Positions 58,193 through 64,000 of a stretch of DNA of 64,000 nucleotides are shown here, in pieces. Made by a program: the position numbers and the translations under genes. Numbering within the stretch: the first letter of the stretch is position 1; the number at the start of each line of letters is the position of its first letter. This DNA is from Rhizobiaceae bacterium (GTDB lineage Bacteria > Pseudomonadota > Alphaproteobacteria > Rhizobiales > Rhizobiaceae). Below the pieces are notes generated by a model. That model saw nothing but the letters and a program-made list of their open reading frames with translations, was not told where the DNA came from and ran no database searches. The stretch covers positions 4,992-68,991 of the forward strand of contig JBGSIT010000045.1 in the NCBI GenBank assembly GCA_041742335.1, in the 5' to 3' direction.

Positions 58193-58218
58193 TGAACGAA
58201 TATATCTATATATGTTCA
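58193..58218. promoter_or_regulatory. TetR operator candidate
   Basis: TGAACGAATATATCTATATATGTTCA is an imperfect 12-bp-arm palindrome in the 69-bp TetR/SDR divergent spacer. Confidence 0.45.
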
Positions 58219-58246
58219 AGTCGTTTGAATCAATCAGAGAAACATC

Positions 58247-59284
58247 ATGACAAAGAAAATACTGGTCAGCGGCGCTGGCGGCTTCATTGCCAGCCACGTT
58301 GTCGAAAAGCTGCTTGCGCAAGGCCATGACGTTATCGGCACCGTCCGCAATCCGACCGACAGCAAGAAGAACGCACATTTGCTGGACATGGCGGGCGCGG
58401 CTGAGCAATTAAAGCTTTTTGCCGCCGATCTGAATGACGCCGACCCGTTCAACGCCCATGCCGATGTCGATTGCATCATGCATATGGCCAGCCCCTACAG
58501 TGTCAATGTCAAGGATCCGCAAAAGGACCTCGTCGATCCGGCCATTTCCGGCACGATCTCCATGCTTAAGGCGGCATCGGCCAATCCGCGCGTCAAGCGG
58601 GTGGTTCTGACCTCGTCTATGGCGGCCATAACCGATGAGCCGGACGGACGGGTTCTGACCGAGGCTGACTGGAACACCAAAAGCTCGCTGACCCGCAATC
58701 CCTATTATTTCTCCAAGGCAAAGGCCGAACAGGCGGCTTGGGATTTCATGAAAAATGAAAAGCCGGCTTTCGATCTGGTTGTCATCAATCCCTTCCTCGT
58801 CGTGGGGCCTTCGCATACGTCGCAGATCAACCCTTCCAACCAGGTGCTGGCCGATATCGTCAACGGGGCCTATCCCGCAATCATGGCCCTGACCTGGGGC
58901 TTTGTTGATGTTCGCGATGTTGCCGACGCCCATATTGCGGCAATGCAGACTGCGGACGCCTCAGGACGGTTCATTTGCGCGTCCGCCACCATGGACATGG
59001 CGGGAGTCATCGACATCATGAAAAAGAATGGCTATGCCAGGGCCAAGCTGCCGAAGATCCGGTTGACCGGCGCTATCGGCACGATGATCATGAAGCTCGC
59101 AAGCCTTACCCAGCCTGCCGGCGTGGGCTCCTATTTGCGCACCCATCTTGGCCGCGTGCCTCGTTTCAACAATGCCAAGGCGCGCAGCGATCTGGGAATC
59201 TGGTTCCGCGATGTCGAAGGCAGCATCAAGGACAGTCTGGTCGACTTGGCAAAATGGGGCCATATTCCGCCGGCCCAAGGCTGA
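58247..59284 (+). CDS. NAD-dependent epimerase/dehydratase family (extended SDR, aldehyde/flavonol reductase-like)
   Basis: The Rossmann motif SGAGGFIASHVV and catalytic YxxxK (YYFSKAKAE) are present. Confidence 0.82.
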   Translation: MTKKILVSGAGGFIASHVVEKLLAQGHDVIGTVRNPTDSKKNAHLLDMAGAAEQLKLFAADLNDADPFNAHADVDCIMHMASPYSVNVKDPQKDLVDPAISGTISMLKAASANPRVKRVVLTSSMAAITDEPDGRVLTEADWNTKSSLTRNPYYFSKAKAEQAAWDFMKNEKPAFDLVVINPFLVVGPSHTSQINPSNQVLADIVNGAYPAIMALTWGFVDVRDVADAHIAAMQTADASGRFICASATMDMAGVIDIMKKNGYARAKLPKIRLTGAIGTMIMKLASLTQPAGVGSYLRTHLGRVPRFNNAKARSDLGIWFRDVEGSIKDSLVDLAKWGHIPPAQG

Positions 59285-59436
59285 ACAAAGCCGCCGACCT
59301 GTGCCAAGCAGGGACGGAATTGTCACGCAAGGGATGAATTTTAGCAAATTCGTAAATATCAGGCCAGTATTTGCTTTTCCTGCACTGGCAAGGGCCATTA
59401 GCATGGTTTGAAATTCATGGAGCTTGCGGGGCCAGC

Positions 59437-60891
59437 ATGACACTACCCGATCTCGGGATCGGAGCCGACCTGAACGGCGCCATCCCTTTTTCAGCCAAAA
59501 GCGAATGGAACATCCGCGTCGATTACGCGCCGCTGGCCAAAAACTCCGCCAAAATCATCGCCGGCATATCGCCCGACAAGGGACTGCATGCCGATTTCGG
59601 ATCCGGTCTCTGGGATGGCCACAAGATCGGCATTCCCTATTATGTCGTGCCTGCGGACCAGAGCCTGGTGGATTTCATTGAGACGCTTTGGCCGGACGAG
59701 GGCGATGACGGACCTTTTCCCATCCCTCTTGATGCGCCGATAGAAGGCGGCAGCGACAGCCATGTGATCGTGCTGCAGCAAGACCCCTCCGCCCCCAACG
59801 GCCTGGGCAAGCTCTACGAGATCTATCAGGCTCATTACAATGCGTCATCGGGGGCATGGGAGGGTCAGGCCGCAGTTTTCGACATGCAGGGCGGCGATCA
59901 TCAGCGCCCCGAAGGTTTCACCTCCGCGGACGCTGCCGGCCTGCCGATCTTCCCCGGCCTTGCGCGCTATGACGAAACCCAGCATGCGATTGCCAATGGC
60001 ACAACATTGGGCCACGCGCTGCGCTTTACCCTGTCGCAGGCCCTGACGGCGATGTCCTATGTCGGCGCGGCCAGCCATTTTGCCGATTCCATTGACGGGC
60101 CTGCGCCATTCGGCATGCATGTGCGCTTGCGTTCGGATTTCGAAATCCCGTCGGATGCAACGCCTGAAGTCGCAATCATCATCAACACCCTCAAACAATA
60201 TGGCATGATCCTGGCCGATAATGGTTCGGACTGGTTCATTTCCGGCTCACCCGACGAAAGCTGGGACAATGATGCGCTGCATGTGCTGTCGCAGGTTCAC
60301 GGCGGCGATTTCCAGGTCGTCGACAGCGCCCGTCTGGCCCGCATGATTGTCGGGACCGAAGCGGTCGATACGCTTGGCGGAACCAAAGCCAACAACTGGA
60401 TGGTGGGGCTTGGCGGTGCCGACAAGATCGCCGGCAAGGGCGGCAACGACGTGCTGCATGCGGGCTTCGGTTCGGATGCGCTGCACGGTTCGCGCGGCGC
60501 CGACAAGCTTTTCGGCGAAGAAGGAAATGATCTGATAGACGGCGGGCGCGGCCATGACATCTTGACAGGCGGCGCCGGCAAGGACGAGTTCCTGTTTGCC
60601 TCCGGCGATTTCCGCAAGGATTCAGATATCATAAAGGACTTTTCGGCCGCTGCCGACACCATCCTTCTTGATCACGATGTATTCGACCGGTTGGGCGGCG
60701 GCGGAAAGCTGTCGCGGGACGCCTTCCACAATGGCAAGGCCGCAGGCGACGCCCAGGATCGGATCCTCTATGACAAGGCGACGGGATCGCTTTATTATGA
60801 TGCAGACGGCACCGGCTCTGCCGGTCCGGTGAAATTTGCTGAAATCGGCAATCACGCGGTGCTGACACACGCCGACTTTCACATCGTCTAG
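59437..60891 (+). CDS. RTX (hemolysin-type calcium-binding repeat) protein with an uncharacterised N-terminal domain
   Basis: The C-terminal run of nonapeptides (GLGGADKIAGKGGNDVLHAGFGSDALHGSRGADKLFGEEGNDLIDGGRGHDILTGGAGKDEF) spans about 60370-60600. There is no N-terminal signal peptide. ATG 59437 is preferred to the ORF-track start at 59371. Confidence 0.8.
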   Translation: MTLPDLGIGADLNGAIPFSAKSEWNIRVDYAPLAKNSAKIIAGISPDKGLHADFGSGLWDGHKIGIPYYVVPADQSLVDFIETLWPDEGDDGPFPIPLDAPIEGGSDSHVIVLQQDPSAPNGLGKLYEIYQAHYNASSGAWEGQAAVFDMQGGDHQRPEGFTSADAAGLPIFPGLARYDETQHAIANGTTLGHALRFTLSQALTAMSYVGAASHFADSIDGPAPFGMHVRLRSDFEIPSDATPEVAIIINTLKQYGMILADNGSDWFISGSPDESWDNDALHVLSQVHGGDFQVVDSARLARMIVGTEAVDTLGGTKANNWMVGLGGADKIAGKGGNDVLHAGFGSDALHGSRGADKLFGEEGNDLIDGGRGHDILTGGAGKDEFLFASGDFRKDSDIIKDFSAAADTILLDHDVFDRLGGGGKLSRDAFHNGKAAGDAQDRILYDKATGSLYYDADGTGSAGPVKFAEIGNHAVLTHADFHIV

Positions 60892-60898
60892 AGTTTCT

Positions 60899-60934
60899 AC
60901 AGCGTCGCGCATTCAAGAGAGTGCGCGACGCTGT
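60899..60934. terminator. 13-bp perfect hairpin between convergent genes
   Basis: ACAGCGTCGCGCA (60899-60911) pairs with TGCGCGACGCTGT (60922-60934) across a 10-nt loop. There is no clear U-tract on either strand. Confidence 0.45.
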
Positions 60935-60962
60935 AACACCTTGAAATTATGCATGCATAAGC

Positions 60963-61601
60963 TCAGATCTGTGCCGTCACCAGCTTGAAGGCCGCAAAGC
61001 CGAAAAATGCCGCCATCACGCCCTCGATGCCGCGCCGGGCTTTCTTGTAGCCCGCAAGCACCGGGCGCAGCGAAAACAGCAGCGCGAAAGCATTCATGGT
61101 GATTACGCCGACAACAAAGCAACCGGCAATGAAAACGGGGGTCACATAGGCCGGCGCATCATGGGGCAGGCCAAGCGAAACCATGGCGATCCAGACAAAG
61201 ATCGCCTTGGGATTTGTCAGATGGACCATCAAGCCCTTCAGGTAAAAGCCCGAAAGCGAGCCTGTCGGCTCCAAACCTTCGTCGCTCATCACTTTTGTCT
61301 TGGTCAATGCGGATTTCAACGCCTTGAAACCGAGATAAAACAGGTAGAGCCCGCCCATAATCTTCAAGACATAAAGCGCCTGGCCATAGGCGGCGAGAAG
61401 CGCCGCCAAGCCCAGAGCGGCCGTTGTCGCCCAGATCACCGATGCCGTCATCACACCCATCGCCATTGCCATGCCGCCGCTACGGCCCGAGCGCACAGAA
61501 GTTGAAATGATCGCCATCACGGCCGGGCCGGGGCTGGCCACGGCAATGAAATAGGCAGTCCAGGCGACGGCGAGTTGCGGCAGGTAGGGCGAGATAGACA
61601 T
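60963..61601 (-). CDS. LysE/RhtB family amino-acid efflux protein
   Basis: About 212 aa with 6 TM segments. The N-terminal block AVASPGPAVMAIIS is typical of RhtB/LysE translocators. Confidence 0.8.
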   Translation of the reverse strand: MSISPYLPQLAVAWTAYFIAVASPGPAVMAIISTSVRSGRSGGMAMAMGVMTASVIWATTAALGLAALLAAYGQALYVLKIMGGLYLFYLGFKALKSALTKTKVMSDEGLEPTGSLSGFYLKGLMVHLTNPKAIFVWIAMVSLGLPHDAPAYVTPVFIAGCFVVGVITMNAFALLFSLRPVLAGYKKARRGIEGVMAAFFGFAAFKLVTAQI

Positions 61602-61928
61602 TGCGCAATCCAATGGGTTTCAATTGCCTGAGGCTATCAAACAATCCGGCCATGACAATCAAATTGCATGAATGCAAACATCACGCGATTTGAAGCCCGG
61701 ATTTGGAACGGTTGATTGGCCATGCCTTTACGGTGATAAACTCCTTGTTCGCAGCGCCATCCATATGCGCCACCGTTCTTGTCAGGCTGCCGCCCGCCGG
61801 AAACTCCCATCGGCGAAAATTCAGCGACGGACTGGCGCATATCAATGCATTATACAAGATTACTGATCAGGGGATCAGGCGGTTTATGCCGGTTTGGAAT
61901 GGCGCAAGATGGCGCTGGAGGGTTCGCA

Positions 61929-62924
61929 ATGGCCGATACCATCAATCTGACGCTTGAAGCGGCCCGGCAATGGGTGCGAAACGCTTGTCTCAAGGTCGGC
62001 AATGGCGCGGATATGGCAGAGGCGCTGGCCGCAGCGCTGATCTCTGCCGAAGCCCATGGCAAGAGATCCCTCGGGCTTGCCCGCCTGCCGGATTATCTCG
62101 ATTCCATGATTGCCGGGCGCATCAACTGCATTGCCCGCCCGAAAGTGGATTTCCCCGCGCCCGCCATCATCCGCATCGATGCCGACGGCGCCATTGCCCA
62201 ATGGGGTTTCGATCTCGCCTTTGATGAAGCCTGCAAGCGCGCCCGCAACTTCGGTGTCGTTATCCTTGCCAGCACCAATTCCTATACGACCGGCGAACTC
62301 GGTTATTATGCAAGGCGTCTGGCTGAGGCCGGCCTGGTGGCGCTGGCGGCCAGCAATGGACCTGCCTTGATGACGGTGCCCGGCGGCAGGAAGCCGGTTT
62401 ATTGCACCAACCCGGTAGCCTTCGCCGCACCCATGGCGGCTCATGGGCCACTAGTGATTGATCAGGCTTCCAGCGCCACCGCCTTTGCCAATATCCGCGA
62501 GGCTGCCAGCAAGGGTGAAGACCTTCCGGAAGGTTGGGCGATTGACGCGGACGGCCATCCGACAACCAGCGCCTCGGAAGCCGTCAAGGGCGCATTACTG
62601 GCTTTCGGCGGCAGGCGCGGCGCAAATATTGCGCTGATGGTGGAAGTGCTGGCCGCCGGCATGACGGGCGCCAACTGGTCGCTGGATTCACCCAGCTTCC
62701 AATCCGGCCATCAAAGTCCGGGCGCGGGCCTGTTTGTCGTCGCGATGCAGCCCGAAGTTATCGATCCGGATTTTGCCCGGCGATTACTGGCCCAGAGCGA
62801 GCGGCTCGCAACTGAAAGCGTGCATGTTCCGGGCGAGAACGGGAATCGGGCTTTCGAGCGGGCGCAGACACACGGCATTGATATCCAGCGGGCGCTGTTT
62901 GACCGGCTTGATACTTCTGCCTGA
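61929..62924 (+). CDS. Ldh_2 family (type-2 malate/L-lactate/ureidoglycolate) dehydrogenase
   Basis: 331 aa. The Ldh_2-like pattern is present (AEAHGKRSLGLARLP.., NPVAFAAP, GGRRGANIALMVEVLAAG). ATG 61929 is preferred to the ORF-track start at 61779. Confidence 0.7.
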   Translation: MADTINLTLEAARQWVRNACLKVGNGADMAEALAAALISAEAHGKRSLGLARLPDYLDSMIAGRINCIARPKVDFPAPAIIRIDADGAIAQWGFDLAFDEACKRARNFGVVILASTNSYTTGELGYYARRLAEAGLVALAASNGPALMTVPGGRKPVYCTNPVAFAAPMAAHGPLVIDQASSATAFANIREAASKGEDLPEGWAIDADGHPTTSASEAVKGALLAFGGRRGANIALMVEVLAAGMTGANWSLDSPSFQSGHQSPGAGLFVVAMQPEVIDPDFARRLLAQSERLATESVHVPGENGNRAFERAQTHGIDIQRALFDRLDTSA

Positions 62925-62933
62925 CTTGCCGCT

Positions 62934-64000
62934 TCAGGACCGCATTTTAGCGCTGTTGGCGTCATATAGCGGGTGCGCAGTGACAACGGCCGGGTAAAGT
63001 TCGCCGTTGATTTCGACATCGAATGTCATGCCGTCCACCGCCAATGCCGCAGGAACGTAACCCAGCGCCATGGACTTTCCGACATTGTGGGCATAGCCGC
63101 CGGAAGAAACATAGCCGACAGCCGCACCGTCCTTGAGAATGGCCTCGTCATTGACGACGTCGCGTCCGTGAATATCGATGACCATGGCGACCAGTCGCTT
63201 GTCCGGGCCGGAGCTGCGCTCGGCAAGGGCTGCCTGCTTGCCGACGAAATCCTTGTCCCACTGGATAAAGGCATCAAGCCCGGATTGCGCGGCCGTGAAA
63301 TCGGGCCGGAAATCCATCGTCCAGACGCCCCAGTTCTTTTCCAGCCGCAAGGACATCAAGGCGCGTGCGCCATAGAATTTCAGGCCGAAGTCCCGGCCCG
63401 CTTCCTCGATTGCCTCGTAAAGACGCAACTGGAATTGCGGGGCGCAATAGATCTCGTAGCCCAGTTCCCCCGAAAACGAGATGCGCGACAAGATCACCGG
63501 CACGCCGCCGACAAAGGTCTGGCGGATATCCCTGAATTTGAAAGCTTCGTTGGAAACATCGTCGCGGGTGATCGCCGACAGCAGCTTGCGGGAATTCGGA
63601 CCCGAAAGGGCAAAGCCGTGATAATCGTCAGACCGGTTGGCATATGCGACGCCACTTGCCGGAAGCTGCCTTTCAAACCAGCGCCGGTGCATCTCCTGTG
63701 CCGCACCGGAACCAAACAGCATGAAATGCTGCTCCGACAGGCAGGCGACGGTAAGGTCGCCATAGAGCTTGCCCTTCGGTGTCAGCATCGGCGTCAATGC
63801 AATCCGGCCCGGTCTTGGCAAACGTCCAGCCAATATGCGGTCAAGAAAACTGCGGGCGTCGGGGCCCTTGAATTCATGCTTGGAATAATTGGCGATCTCT
63901 ATGGCTCCAACCGCCTCGCGCACCGCCTTGACTTCAGCACTTACGTAATCATGGCTGCGGTTTCGATCAAAAGTCGGGGTCTCGTGGGCGTCTTCCGGTC
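62934..64000 (-). CDS. dimethylglycine/sarcosine dehydrogenase family protein, C-terminal GcvT-like folate-binding domain; the 5' end lies outside the window
   Basis: The frame is open to the window edge (..PEDAHETPTFDRNRSHDYVSAEVKAVREAVGAIE..). The aminomethyltransferase-like region is present (ISFSGELGYEIY, YGARALMSLRLEKNW). Confidence 0.75.
   Translation of the reverse strand, partial: PEDAHETPTFDRNRSHDYVSAEVKAVREAVGAIEIANYSKHEFKGPDARSFLDRILAGRLPRPGRIALTPMLTPKGKLYGDLTVACLSEQHFMLFGSGAAQEMHRRWFERQLPASGVAYANRSDDYHGFALSGPNSRKLLSAITRDDVSNEAFKFRDIRQTFVGGVPVILSRISFSGELGYEIYCAPQFQLRLYEAIEEAGRDFGLKFYGARALMSLRLEKNWGVWTMDFRPDFTAAQSGLDAFIQWDKDFVGKQAALAERSSGPDKRLVAMVIDIHGRDVVNDEAILKDGAAVGYVSSGGYAHNVGKSMALGYVPAALAVDGMTFDVEINGELYPAVVTAHPLYDANSAKMRS

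Noticed and set aside
1-64000. CRISPR arrays, tRNA/rRNA genes, insertion sequences, integrases, prophage or defence-system genes
   Set aside because: I saw no regularly spaced direct repeats and no cloverleaf-like or rRNA-like segments in the intergenic regions. No ORF has transposase, integrase, recombinase, nuclease-helicase or toxin-antitoxin signatures. My reading was by eye, so short or degenerate elements could have been missed. tRNAscan, Infernal, ISfinder and defence-system HMM scans would be the formal check.

Overview
High-GC alphaproteobacterial chromosomal segment, about 58-60% GC by eye. Gene content and order look like Hyphomicrobiales/Rhizobiales: rdgB-hemW, dnaA-rpsT, mutM, ubiE-ubiB, and a frcR/frcBCA-pyrC-pyrE-frk-pgi block that matches the Sinorhizobium meliloti layout as I remember it. 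I call about 55 protein-coding genes and one decayed regulator gene. I saw no rRNA or tRNA genes, CRISPR arrays, transposases or integrases. The first 25 kb is mostly housekeeping. From 25 to 64 kb there is a run of catabolic and accessory modules. (1) 25.5-37.9 kb: a 12-kb dihydroxyacetone-type locus. It has a CUT1-like ABC importer, a fused DhaK-DhaL kinase, a separate DhaL/DhaM/DhaK set with its own HPr and full-length Enzyme I, and a small HTH ORF. (2) 38.5-45.5 kb: a five-gene operon that matches the ergothioneine degradation pathway step for step. It encodes a HAL-family lyase without the MIO triad, a urocanase homologue, a DUF917 protein, a cyclic amidohydrolase and an M20 carbamoylase, next to a LysR regulator with two tandem HTH domains. 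This is my best candidate for an under-annotated system. (3) 49.1-53.9 kb: kynA-kynU fused in one operon with an aryl-CoA ligase. (4) Beyond that there are small regulator/enzyme pairs, a leaderless GH12-like protein and an RTX protein with an uncharacterised N-terminal domain. Other oddities are an argP-like gene with a large internal deletion, a TIGR03032-family gene where I expect frcK, AT-rich islands, and repeated palindromic operator candidates. All functional calls come from reading the translations by eye. No database search was run.
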